A DNA stretch of 64,000 nt from a virus (taxonomy: Duplodnaviria; Caudoviricetes), in IMG/VR virus record IMGVR_UViG_3300015608_003951, positions 98,307-162,306 of that record; one strand, 5' to 3'. A program made the translations under genes and the position numbers. Of the stretch, positions 18,733-28,465 are shown in pieces (the first letter of the stretch is position 1; each line of letters starts with the position of its first letter). The notes below the pieces were generated by a model. The model did not search any database, was not told the origin of the DNA, and worked only from the letters and a program-made list of their open reading frames with translations.

Positions 18733-19264
18733 GCATGTACTCCGAATGGCAGACACAATTACATGGATGATGCTTCTGCCGCCAGCATCGATCCACGGTA
18801 CACCGTGGGCACTCTCCAGATTCAGAGAGTGCACACAGCTCAGCAACGTCTTGGTGGTCACCCATCATCCTGGCGCAACAAAGGCAGAACACGCCCTCGT
18901 ATTCGCTGTCCAAGATGAATGTTCGAAAGTGCCTCTGGCGCAACACCCCCATGTGGCCCAGGCCCACATGAATGTAGCTCTCGCCCTTGAGGATGTCCGA
19001 ACCGCAGGGGCAGGTGATCTCCCCTTCTGGGTGTTCAACAGGCGGTGTGTTCTGTAGTTCTGTCAGGAGCTCCCCGAAGGCATCTTCGTAGCACCCTTCG
19101 TGAGCTCGTCTACAGAAGAGAGCATCGCCGGTCTCCGTGAGGACATCCTCTCCGACCGGCTCTAGGTCCCTGTTCGTTGTGTTTATATCGCTTTTTATGA
19201 GCTTTTTGCAAAGCAGGAGGTAGGCCCTCTCATCTACCTCCTTGCCGCAGAACAGACAGCTCAC
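18722..19264 (-). CDS. Cys-rich hypothetical protein
   Basis: Many CxxC motifs; GTGA overlap. Confidence 0.65.
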   Translation of the reverse strand: MSCLFCGKEVDERAYLLLCKKLIKSDINTTNRDLEPVGEDVLTETGDALFCRRAHEGCYEDAFGELLTELQNTPPVEHPEGEITCPCGSDILKGESYIHVGLGHMGVLRQRHFRTFILDSEYEGVFCLCCARMMGDHQDVAELCALSESGECPRCTVDRCWRQKHHPCNCVCHSEYMHVD

Positions 19265-19887
19265 CCGGCACCCTGCTGAACACCCGACGTGGACCAGTCC
19301 ACCTTTCGCGTGTCCAGGATTTGCCAGCGTCGAGCAGCGCGCTCCAGGCTGAGGTCCGGGGAGAGCATGGTGCCTGGGTCCATGTCCCCCGTGAAGGAGA
19401 GCATGCGCAGCACGTCCTCCCCCTTGCCGAGGTGGAGCGGCACAGAGATCCGGTACCCCGTGGGGATGATGGGCGAGGCCCTGGCCCTGAACTTGTCATA
19501 GCGGATCATGGCTTCGATCGACACGACCTCATCCTCCATGTCGAAGGGATCGATACAGAGACCCCAGAAGTTGATGTCGGAAGGCGACAAGTACCTTTGG
19601 GAACCCAGCCAACCACAAAGCTCCCCCGCGGAGGCGTAGTTTAGCAACACTTCGGCATCCCGTTGGTTGATGTACGAGACAAACCCCTTCTGGTCCTTGA
19701 CCCTCAGTCGAACCCCTCCCAGGGCCCTCGCCTGGATGGGGGCGTACAGGCCATCCACGGTCCAGCACCTCCGGCTGTTCGTCGGATCCGTGAACTCCTG
19801 GCCAACCACGTCCAGGTCCTCCCTCAGCCTCCTCGTCGGGGTCAGAGGGGTCAACAACGTCGAACTGTCTGCGATGTATCTCCTCAT
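19261..19887 (-). CDS. hypothetical protein
   Basis: Operon packing; AAGGA upstream. Confidence 0.65.
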   Translation of the reverse strand: MRRYIADSSTLLTPLTPTRRLREDLDVVGQEFTDPTNSRRCWTVDGLYAPIQARALGGVRLRVKDQKGFVSYINQRDAEVLLNYASAGELCGWLGSQRYLSPSDINFWGLCIDPFDMEDEVVSIEAMIRYDKFRARASPIIPTGYRISVPLHLGKGEDVLRMLSFTGDMDPGTMLSPDLSLERAARRWQILDTRKVDWSTSGVQQGAG

Positions 19888-20048
19888 GTAGGTCCTTACA
19901 GAGCTCGTACAGAAAAGTGTGAGCTGCGCTGATGGCGATAATGAATCCGATGGACAAAACTCACTCGTAGCGCACGCACGGGAAGTACGGACGCGTCTAC
20001 GGTTGTTATGTCGGCTACCCCGTAAATCTTGCGCTATACTGGCCGCGC

Positions 20049-23000
20049 ATGGCCTTCCAAGACCCAGACGAGGCTTTCGACAACGTTGTCCGGCACACGG
20101 TGACCGCGCTGAATGGCGTGTTCCCCCTGCGGGGGCGGGACAAGTCTCTGCACTTGGAGGCGTTGCACATCGATACGGCGGCCAAGGATCCTCACGACAT
20201 CGGATCCCAGTACAAGGCCAAGCTAGGCGAGGAGACTTGGTCCATCCCCGTCCATGGGACCATGGTGCTCAAGAACGAGAAGGGGGAGGTTCTCGATCGC
20301 AAGAAGATCAAGATCTTGGACCTTCCCAGGACCACCAACCGGCTCAGCTACATCTACCGCGGTCAAGAGCACCAGGTGGCCAACCAATGGCAGCTTCGGC
20401 CTGGCGCTTACACCCGGCGCAGGAGCAACGGCGAACTGCGTACGCAGTTCAACGTGACGGGCAGGGCCGCTTTTGACCTTACCTTTGACCCCCCGACCAA
20501 CCAGTTCTCTATCCTCTACAAGAAGGCCAATATGCCCGCGTACCCCATCCTCAAGGCGATGGGGGTGACCGACACGGAGCTTCAGCAGGCTTGGGGGAAG
20601 GACATCTGGGAGGCCAACGCCAAGAACAGGCGTAACTCCAGCACGCTCGCGCAGTTCTACAGGACCAGCACCAACACGCAGGGGTCTCCGACGGAACAGC
20701 AGGCGCTGGATAACCTGCACAAGGTCATGGCGGCCAGCAAACTCCACCCCGATGTGACGGAGATCACCCTGGGTAAGCGCTTCGAAAGCGTGGAGGGGGA
20801 TGCCCTCACCCGTGCATCCAAGAGGCTGCTTGCCGTGCAGGCGGGCCAGCCCGAGGACGACCGTGACGCCTTGCCCTTCAAGGTGCTCAGGGCCACGGGG
20901 GAGCTGCTGCATGACCAGATCAAAGCAGCGGTACCCAACGTGAAGATGAAGATGTCGAGGCAGCTGAACAAGGGGTCGGACAAGCTGCACGACATCGTCA
21001 CGCCAGGGTTCCTGAACCCCGCGGTCAGCGCCCTGTTCCAGAGTGCTCTGGTCAACCCGGCCAAACAGGTGAGCCCGCTCGACATGCTGGGCACGGCCAT
21101 GCAGACGACGATTATGGGCCCCGGCGGCATCAGGTCGGAGACGCAGGTGACGGACGAGGCCAAGTACATCAACCCGTCGCACCTGGGGTTTATCGACCCC
21201 TTCGCTACGCCGGAAGGCTCGAACACGGGGGTGTCCCTGCGCCTTCCCATCGGAGTGAAGCTGATTGGAGATCAGCCCCACATCCCCCTCTACAACAACC
21301 GCACCAAGAAGATGGAGTGGGTCAGCCCTGCCACCGCCTACAAGAGCAAGGTGGCCCTGGCAGACCAGGTGGAGTTTGTGGATGGGCACCCCAAGCCGAT
21401 CGCAAAGAAGGTGAAGATTCTCGGCAAGGACAATGAGATCGTCGAGGGCCCGCTCCATGAGGCGGACTACGTCATGCGTAGCCCGTCCAACATGTTCGCC
21501 CTCACCTCCGCCATGGTGCCGTTTGTGCAGAACAACAGCGGCGGGCGCGTCAGCATGGCCATCCGTCACATGGAGCAAAGCATTTCCTTGAAGGACAGGG
21601 ACAAGCCCCTCGTTCAAGTGGCAGGGCCGGCCGGTGACACCTTCGAGAAGCTATTCGGGCACCAGATCGGGCACCTCGCCCCGCACGACGGCGTCGTCAC
21701 CAAGGTCACGCCTCACGCCATCCACGTGAAGGGGGCGGACGGTAAGAGCGCCGTGGTTCAGCTCTACCATAACTACCCCCTGAACGACTCGAAGAGCGTG
21801 TTCCACTCGGAGGCCCTTGTTAAGGAGGGGGACAAGGTAAAGACGGGCCAGCCCCTCGCCGATACGAACTTCACCCGAGGCGGGGTCTTCGCGCCGGGTA
21901 AGAACCTGCGTGTGGCCTACATGCCGTACTTCGGCAAGAACTTCGAAGACTCCATGGTGGTCACGGAGAGCGCTGCGAAGAAGCTCTCCAGCGTGCACCT
22001 GACCAAGCACTTCTTGAACACGGACGACCGCACCGTATTCGGCAAGACCAAGTTCCAGAACACCAACCCTGGTCTGTACCGCAAGGAGCAGTACGAGCAC
22101 CTGGATGACCAGGGCTTCCCCAAGGTCGGGTCGAAGGTACAGCCGGGGGATCCGCTGCTCCTCGCACTTCAGCCTTTCACCCTCAAGGACCGCGTAGGTG
22201 TGGGGGCTCTCCGCAAGAGCCTCACCAGCCAGCACACGGACAAGAGCCTTCGCTGGGAGGGTGAGACCGAGGGCGAGGTCGTCGCTGTGCATAAAAGCCC
22301 CAAGGGGGTGCACATACACGTCAAATCTGTGGAACCCTTGCAGATCGCTGACAAGCTCTGCTTCGATGAAAATACCGAGGTCCTTACGCGCACAGGCTGG
22401 AAGCCTGTGTCCAAGGTGAACCTGCAAGATGAGGTCTGTACCCTGCTTGACGGGGAGATCCGCTACAGCCGCCCTTCCGAAGTCCACAGCTACGCAGAAG
22501 GGGGTCGGATGTACTCGTTGGAGACGCAACAGATCGACCTTCTTGTGACCGCAAACCACCGGATGTACGTGCAAGAGTCCACCCGTGACCGCGAGCGCCC
22601 CTACAAGCTGGTGAGGGCCGACACTCTTCTTGGTAAGCGCGTCCGCTACAAGAAAGACGGCAACTGGGCAGGTCGTGCCGCTGCCGTTAACGGCTCCGGG
22701 GTGTTGGGGCTTACGGGCCGCGACTACCTGGCTCTCCTTGGGATGTTTTTGTCCGAAGGCTGTTGCGTGAATGCTCCGGAGTCTGGCACCTACGGCATCG
22801 ACATCGCCCAGGTGAAGCCCACGGGCAGAGAGGAGCTCTTTGCCGAGCTCGATAGGATGGGGGTTCGGTACACCAAGACCCCTGATCGTGCCCGGATCCA
22901 CTCCAAGGAAGCCCTGGCGCACTTCCAGACTTTCGGTAAGTGCAAGGACAAGTTCATCCCAAACGAAGTCTTCGACTACCCGAAGGACGACTTGGACGTG

Positions 23001-26000
23001 CTCTTCCGGTGGCTCATGTGGGGGGACGGCCACACGAAGAATGATCGTCCTATCTGCTACACCACCACGTCTCGTCGGCTGGCCGATGATGTGCAGCGCC
23101 TCTGTCTGCACATCGGTAAGGCGGCCAACATCAAGGTTGATCCAGCCCACGCGTTCGAACAAAACGGCCGGACCTACTGGGCGTCGGAGCGCTACACCGT
23201 TCGGATCATCAACAGCAAACTGGCTCCGGAGGTAAACCACCACCACGCCAAGAAGCAGAACGCGCAGAGTGAGAGGATCATCGAAAACTACACAGGCCCT
23301 GTTTTCTGTGTAACGGTCCCCGGTCACGTCCTCTACGTGCGTCGTAACGGAAAGCCCTGCTGGAGCGGCAACAGCAACCGCCACGGCGGCAAGGGCGTTG
23401 TCGGCTACATCATCCCGGACCACGAGGCGCCCAAGACCAAAGACGGCAAACCCGTGGACATCATCTTCAACCCGCTAGGGTTGGGTGGCCGTATGAACGT
23501 GGGCCAGGTGTACGAGACCTTGGCCGGCAAGATCGCTGAGAAGACTGGCAAGACGTACGTGGTCAAGAACTTCGATCCTCACGTCGAGGATTGGAGTCAG
23601 AAGATGGCCAAGGAGCTCAAGGAGCACGGCATCTCCGACAAGGAGGAGCTGATCGACCCGAAGACGGGGCAGAGCCTGGGCAAGGTCCTGGTCGGGCCTC
23701 AGCACTTCATCAAGCTCGTGCACCAAGCTGCAAAGAAGAACTCCGTGCGCGCAGGCATGGGGCTCCCCAAGCTGCCCTCCGACGAGAAGTACGACTCCCT
23801 TACCTTTGCCCCGGCTTCTGGCGGAGGTACCGGCGGACAGAGCTACGGCCAGCTCGGCATGTACGCCCTGCTCGCGCACGGGGCGAAGAACATCCTCCGC
23901 GCGGCCATGACCTACAAGTCCGAGGGTGAGGACCCGGAGACCGATGAGGCCAAGAAGTGGAAGAGTCAGCACGTAGAGGCCTGGATGGCGATGCAGAAAG
24001 GTCTGCCGTTGCCGCCCCCTAAGCCGACGTTTGCCTTCCACCGCTTCACGGAGATGCTCAAGGGCGCTGGCATTAACGTCGAGAAGAAGGGGTCCGAGTT
24101 CTTTCTATCCCCCATGACGGACAAGCAAGTCCTATCGATGAGTGCCGGTGCGATCAAGGACGCGGCCTCTGCGGTCCACTCGAAGATGGACCCGACCACC
24201 AACCAGTACAAGCCGATTACCGGAGGTATCTTCGACGAGAAGATGACGGGGGGCCACGGCGGAACCAAGTGGTCTCACATCCCCCTGTCGGAGCCCCTCC
24301 CCAACCCTATCTTCGAAGAGCCCATCAAGAAGCTCCTGGGCATCACGGGGCCCCGTTTTGAAGAGATTCTCCAGGGCAAAGTCAAGGTCAACGGCAAGGT
24401 GGGCGGCCACGCTATCGAGGAGATGCTCAAGGGCATCAAGGTGGCGGATGAGCTCTCGAAGACCAAGGCAGCCCTGAACAAGGCCCCACCCTCCACGGCA
24501 GACGCCCTTTATAGGAAGGCGCGGTACCTCCAGGCCCTCGACAAGCTCGGGCTAAAGCCCGAAGAGGCCTATGTGCTGCACAACGTGCCGGTGCTGCCCC
24601 CCAAGCTGCGCCCCCTCTCCGTCATGGAAGACGGCGCGCTTCGCTTCGAGGACACCAACGGCTTCTACATGAAGCTTGGGCAGATCAACAGCAAGCTCGG
24701 CCACCCCGCCATGGCGTACCTGCCCGAGGCAGAGAAGGCTCCCTTCCGTATGGCGGTCTACGACGGGGTCAAGGCCCTGTTCGGCGCGGGAGCTCTGCCG
24801 GAGGGGGCTAAGCAGAAAGGCCTTCTCCAGCAGATCCACGGCACGTCACCCAAGCTCGGTCTCTTCCAGCAGGGGTTGCTGTCGCGTCGCCAGGACATGA
24901 GCGCCCGAGGTGTGATCATCCCTGGACCGGATCTCCACCTCGACCAGGTCGGGCTGCCCGAAAAGCAGGCGCTGACCCTGTTCCGGCCCTTCGTCGTCAA
25001 CCAGCTCGTCAAGTCCGGAAGGTCCAAGACTACGCTGGAAGCCCAGGAGGTCCTCAGCCAGGTGGAGCGCGGCAAATCGGACCCCTCCGTCTGGTCCGCA
25101 CTCAATCAGGTCTTGAGCGAGCGCCCTGTCCTGATCAAGCGAGACCCCGCTCTGCACAAGTACTCTATCCAGGCCTTCTACGCCCAGGCCATCCCCGGCA
25201 ACGCCATCAAGCTGCACCCGCTGGTAACCGGCGGGTTTAACGCGGACCACGACGGGGACAGCATCAAGGGGCGCGTCCTGTTGGCCGAGCGCGTTCACGG
25301 CACCTGGCTGGCTCGATCCTGCGACATCAAGGACTTCCCGAGGGTGGCTGGGTCGGAGCATCGCTCGCTGGGCGGAACGAAGGAGTACGATGTCCCGCCC
25401 AGCACTTACGTGTTTGGCATGGTGAACGGCTCCATGCGCCCGTGTGCGGTGCGCTCCTTCAGCGTCCATCCTGGGTGCGTCGCCTGGGAGGTCACCTTCC
25501 GGTCTGGACGCAAGGTGATCTGCTCCCAGGACCACTCTCTTGCCGTACTGGATACGGCTACGCTCACCGCCACCAACTGCAAGCCCGCAAACTCCGTGGG
25601 GGCAGCCGTACCCGTGTTGGGCCGTGTAGAGGAGCACCTGAGCCCCAGTATCCCAGTCCATGGCCGGGAGGAGAAAGCTACGGAGGCTCTTGGCCATGCG
25701 TTGGGGGAGGAGCTTGCCCTTTACGACGGCAACCCCTTGGCTCAGGAGCGCTGCACCCCTCCCCAGAAGTACCGGTCGACTACCCTTCTTCGCACGCTCC
25801 TTGAGTCTGCGATCATCCGGCCCACAGCTTTCAGGCAGGGTGTCCTTACGGGGTTCTTGGGGGCGGCTCTGGACATCGACACGGCGCGTGTCGATACGAC
25901 TGACCCCCGCGCCCTCTGCAACTTGTTGCGCAGCGTGGGGGTGCCGTGCAGGGAGGAGCGAGACTCTGTGCTCTTGTGCAGGGATTCGCTCTACAAGGCC

Positions 26001-28463
26001 TCCTGGTTCAAGCCCAGCGCGTGGAATCGCAAGAGGCTCTGGCGCAAGGGGGGTAAGAGCACCATGGTCGATCTGGTGCCCTTCCCTGCCTGGGTGGCGG
26101 ACGAGATTGGAGAAGGCGTGCAGTCCGGATGGGTGGAGCGCTCCACGGCTGCGCGACTCTACGAAGCCCACAAGAACCCCACGTCGTTCGTGCAGGCCTG
26201 GTATCGCATGACCGTCGGGGGCGGCCTATTCTGGGATGAGATCGTCTCCGTCAAGGAGACTGGCGACAAGGAAGAGCTCTACGACCTCACCGTGGACGAA
26301 AGCCTCAACTTCGTGATGGACGACGGTCTCCTCGTCTGGGACACGATGAGCGTCTACGTGCCGTCATCGCACGACGAGGTGAGCGACGCCATCAAGATGC
26401 TCCCCTCCAAGAACCTGTTCAACGAGACCACCGGAGCTCCTGCCTACACGCCCTCCATGGAGGCCCAGCTAGGGCTGCACAAGCTCGGCAGGGTCGGGGC
26501 GGACACGAACCATAAGTTCCCTGACAAGCACGCCGCTATTGACGCCCTAGCGCTCCAGAAGATCACGGTGTCGGACAAGATCCATGTGGCAGGCGAACAG
26601 ACGACGGCTGGCAGGATTCTTCTGGCAGAGGCTATGCCGGAGGCCATGCAGCATCGTGTGCGCACAGACCTTGGGCTCTCCTTCAACGGCAAGGCCTTGA
26701 AGGGTCTGTTTTCCGAGGTCGGCAAGGCGCACGCGAAGGACTTCCCCGTCTTCGCTGACAAGATGAAGGAGCTTGGCTACGGGGCTGCGTCTGGTCTGGT
26801 AAGGACTCCCCTGACCAAGCACGCCGTTGTGCCTGTCGGGGCGCACTCCTTTGGGCTCTCCGACTTCTTCGCTGATAAGGAAGCGCGTGACCCCGTGCTC
26901 CAGAAGGCACACGCTGACGTGGAAGCTCTGAAGGGCCTGAGCAAGGCGGAGAAGGACCGCCGCACGGTCGACATCTACCTCAAGGCCTCCGCCGAGATGC
27001 GCGAGCGGCACAAGAAGACGGGGGACCCGGACAACAGCCTCAAGCGCATGAACGAGGCTGGCGTCAAGCCGAGCGACGACCAGTACCAGCAGCTGCGGCT
27101 TGCGCCTGTCGTCATGAAAGACAGCGCGGATCGCCTCATCCCCACGCCGATCGTTCACTCCTTCGGGGAGGGGTTGAAGATGCATGAGTACTGGATCGGC
27201 GCTTACGGTGCGCGTTCCGGCGCGGTCAAGAAGGTGCAGGAGGTGCAGGACCCTGGGTACATGACCAAGCTCCTCCAGAACACCTCGATGTCCTACCTGA
27301 TCGATAGCCACGACTGTGGGACGAAGGCGGGCATCTCCATGCCTGCCACGCATAAGGACGTGGTGGACCGGCATCTGGCGGCAGACCTGAAGCTGGGAGC
27401 CCTCCACCTGCCCGCAGGCACCCTCCTCGACAAGAAGACCTTGGATCACATCGTCTCCGTGGATCCCGGGGCCAAGCTTACGGTCAGGTCCCCGCTTACC
27501 TGCGATAGCGAGAAGGGGGTCTGCCAGAAGTGCTTTGGCCTGTCGTCCAACGGCAAGCATCACGACCTGGGCACGAATATCGGCGTCCTCAGCGCGCACG
27601 CCTTGGGTGAGCGAGCTGTGCAGCTGACGCTGAAGGCGTTTCACTCCGGCGGTGTCGCTACGGACCGTAAGGGTGGGGCTGTGGGTAGCTTCCAGCGCCT
27701 CGAACAGCTCACCTTCTTGCCGGACAAGACGCCCAACAGCGCCTCTCTCGTCAACGTGAATGGCAAGGTGACGAAGATCGTACCCACGCCTACCGGAGCC
27801 GAGGTGTTCGTGGGAGACCATCGTCACTTCGTGGGTAAGGACCCGGATGGCCACTACCTGCACGAGGACCTTCCTCATGCGGACTCCGTGCCCGGGTATC
27901 AGCCCTGGTCCCCGCCCAAGGTGGGCATGGAGGTGAAGCGCGGGGACATGCTCAGCGATCCAAACCGCACGATGATCAACCCGCACAGGCTTTACGAGGC
28001 CACCCACGACATGCCGCGGGTTCAGCGCTTTCTGTCCGATGAGATGCACAAACTCTATGAGTCGGAGGGGGTTCGTAAGCGCGCCATCGAGGTGGTCGTG
28101 AAGGCGATGGGCAACGTCACGAAGATCGTGGACCCTCACGATCACCCGGACTTCCTCCGCGGGCAGTTCTATCCTCGGTCCTCCTTGAAGAAGGTTAACG
28201 CCGAGAGGGTTGCAGAGGGTAAGCCTCCGGTGGAGCACAGCCCCGTGCTCATGGGCGTGGACATGCTGCCCCTGGCTGCGACGACCGACTGGATGGCTGT
28301 GCTCAACCACCAGAGGCTCCGGGGCACGCTCAAGGAGAACGCTGCGCTCGGGGCTGTCAGCCGGCTCCACGGCTCGCACCCGGTGCCCGGACTTGCTTAT
28401 GGGGCAGAGTTCGGCAAGCCTGGGGTAGAGACTAAGGGCAAGAATCGACCTTTCGACTACTGA
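20049..28463 (+). CDS. single-chain beta-beta' fused DNA-dependent RNA polymerase with two inteins
   Basis: Beta motifs: TPEG, NFEDS, ADKL/SNRHGGKG, NPLG..GRMNVGQ. Beta' motifs: PVLPPKLRP, RDPALH, NADHDGD, bridge helix GARSG..GYMTK, trigger loop QLTLKAFHSGG. Confidence 0.96.
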   Translation: MAFQDPDEAFDNVVRHTVTALNGVFPLRGRDKSLHLEALHIDTAAKDPHDIGSQYKAKLGEETWSIPVHGTMVLKNEKGEVLDRKKIKILDLPRTTNRLSYIYRGQEHQVANQWQLRPGAYTRRRSNGELRTQFNVTGRAAFDLTFDPPTNQFSILYKKANMPAYPILKAMGVTDTELQQAWGKDIWEANAKNRRNSSTLAQFYRTSTNTQGSPTEQQALDNLHKVMAASKLHPDVTEITLGKRFESVEGDALTRASKRLLAVQAGQPEDDRDALPFKVLRATGELLHDQIKAAVPNVKMKMSRQLNKGSDKLHDIVTPGFLNPAVSALFQSALVNPAKQVSPLDMLGTAMQTTIMGPGGIRSETQVTDEAKYINPSHLGFIDPFATPEGSNTGVSLRLPIGVKLIGDQPHIPLYNNRTKKMEWVSPATAYKSKVALADQVEFVDGHPKPIAKKVKILGKDNEIVEGPLHEADYVMRSPSNMFALTSAMVPFVQNNSGGRVSMAIRHMEQSISLKDRDKPLVQVAGPAGDTFEKLFGHQIGHLAPHDGVVTKVTPHAIHVKGADGKSAVVQLYHNYPLNDSKSVFHSEALVKEGDKVKTGQPLADTNFTRGGVFAPGKNLRVAYMPYFGKNFEDSMVVTESAAKKLSSVHLTKHFLNTDDRTVFGKTKFQNTNPGLYRKEQYEHLDDQGFPKVGSKVQPGDPLLLALQPFTLKDRVGVGALRKSLTSQHTDKSLRWEGETEGEVVAVHKSPKGVHIHVKSVEPLQIADKLCFDENTEVLTRTGWKPVSKVNLQDEVCTLLDGEIRYSRPSEVHSYAEGGRMYSLETQQIDLLVTANHRMYVQESTRDRERPYKLVRADTLLGKRVRYKKDGNWAGRAAAVNGSGVLGLTGRDYLALLGMFLSEGCCVNAPESGTYGIDIAQVKPTGREELFAELDRMGVRYTKTPDRARIHSKEALAHFQTFGKCKDKFIPNEVFDYPKDDLDVLFRWLMWGDGHTKNDRPICYTTTSRRLADDVQRLCLHIGKAANIKVDPAHAFEQNGRTYWASERYTVRIINSKLAPEVNHHHAKKQNAQSERIIENYTGPVFCVTVPGHVLYVRRNGKPCWSGNSNRHGGKGVVGYIIPDHEAPKTKDGKPVDIIFNPLGLGGRMNVGQVYETLAGKIAEKTGKTYVVKNFDPHVEDWSQKMAKELKEHGISDKEELIDPKTGQSLGKVLVGPQHFIKLVHQAAKKNSVRAGMGLPKLPSDEKYDSLTFAPASGGGTGGQSYGQLGMYALLAHGAKNILRAAMTYKSEGEDPETDEAKKWKSQHVEAWMAMQKGLPLPPPKPTFAFHRFTEMLKGAGINVEKKGSEFFLSPMTDKQVLSMSAGAIKDAASAVHSKMDPTTNQYKPITGGIFDEKMTGGHGGTKWSHIPLSEPLPNPIFEEPIKKLLGITGPRFEEILQGKVKVNGKVGGHAIEEMLKGIKVADELSKTKAALNKAPPSTADALYRKARYLQALDKLGLKPEEAYVLHNVPVLPPKLRPLSVMEDGALRFEDTNGFYMKLGQINSKLGHPAMAYLPEAEKAPFRMAVYDGVKALFGAGALPEGAKQKGLLQQIHGTSPKLGLFQQGLLSRRQDMSARGVIIPGPDLHLDQVGLPEKQALTLFRPFVVNQLVKSGRSKTTLEAQEVLSQVERGKSDPSVWSALNQVLSERPVLIKRDPALHKYSIQAFYAQAIPGNAIKLHPLVTGGFNADHDGDSIKGRVLLAERVHGTWLARSCDIKDFPRVAGSEHRSLGGTKEYDVPPSTYVFGMVNGSMRPCAVRSFSVHPGCVAWEVTFRSGRKVICSQDHSLAVLDTATLTATNCKPANSVGAAVPVLGRVEEHLSPSIPVHGREEKATEALGHALGEELALYDGNPLAQERCTPPQKYRSTTLLRTLLESAIIRPTAFRQGVLTGFLGAALDIDTARVDTTDPRALCNLLRSVGVPCREERDSVLLCRDSLYKASWFKPSAWNRKRLWRKGGKSTMVDLVPFPAWVADEIGEGVQSGWVERSTAARLYEAHKNPTSFVQAWYRMTVGGGLFWDEIVSVKETGDKEELYDLTVDESLNFVMDDGLLVWDTMSVYVPSSHDEVSDAIKMLPSKNLFNETTGAPAYTPSMEAQLGLHKLGRVGADTNHKFPDKHAAIDALALQKITVSDKIHVAGEQTTAGRILLAEAMPEAMQHRVRTDLGLSFNGKALKGLFSEVGKAHAKDFPVFADKMKELGYGAASGLVRTPLTKHAVVPVGAHSFGLSDFFADKEARDPVLQKAHADVEALKGLSKAEKDRRTVDIYLKASAEMRERHKKTGDPDNSLKRMNEAGVKPSDDQYQQLRLAPVVMKDSADRLIPTPIVHSFGEGLKMHEYWIGAYGARSGAVKKVQEVQDPGYMTKLLQNTSMSYLIDSHDCGTKAGISMPATHKDVVDRHLAADLKLGALHLPAGTLLDKKTLDHIVSVDPGAKLTVRSPLTCDSEKGVCQKCFGLSSNGKHHDLGTNIGVLSAHALGERAVQLTLKAFHSGGVATDRKGGAVGSFQRLEQLTFLPDKTPNSASLVNVNGKVTKIVPTPTGAEVFVGDHRHFVGKDPDGHYLHEDLPHADSVPGYQPWSPPKVGMEVKRGDMLSDPNRTMINPHRLYEATHDMPRVQRFLSDEMHKLYESEGVRKRAIEVVVKAMGNVTKIVDPHDHPDFLRGQFYPRSSLKKVNAERVAEGKPPVEHSPVLMGVDMLPLAATTDWMAVLNHQRLRGTLKENAALGAVSRLHGSHPVPGLAYGAEFGKPGVETKGKNRPFDY
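22359..23372 (+). mobile_element. intein 1 (338 aa) with LAGLIDADG endonuclease in RNAP beta region
   Basis: DKL|CFDENTEV...TANH...LLGMFLSEG...LMWGDG...WSGN|SNRHG. Confidence 0.92.
25260..26342 (+). mobile_element. intein 2 (361 aa), Ser start and Asp end, directly after RNAP catalytic motif
   Basis: NADHDGD|SIKG...CSQDH...LYDLTV...GLLVWD|TMSVYVP. Confidence 0.85.
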
Positions 28464-28465
28464 CC

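Noticed and set aside
20223-28379. Long antisense ORFs (also 3747-5030, 17383-18918, 30889-32505, 59924-60913)
   Set aside because: Shadow ORFs expected opposite GC3-rich genes; no recognisable motifs.
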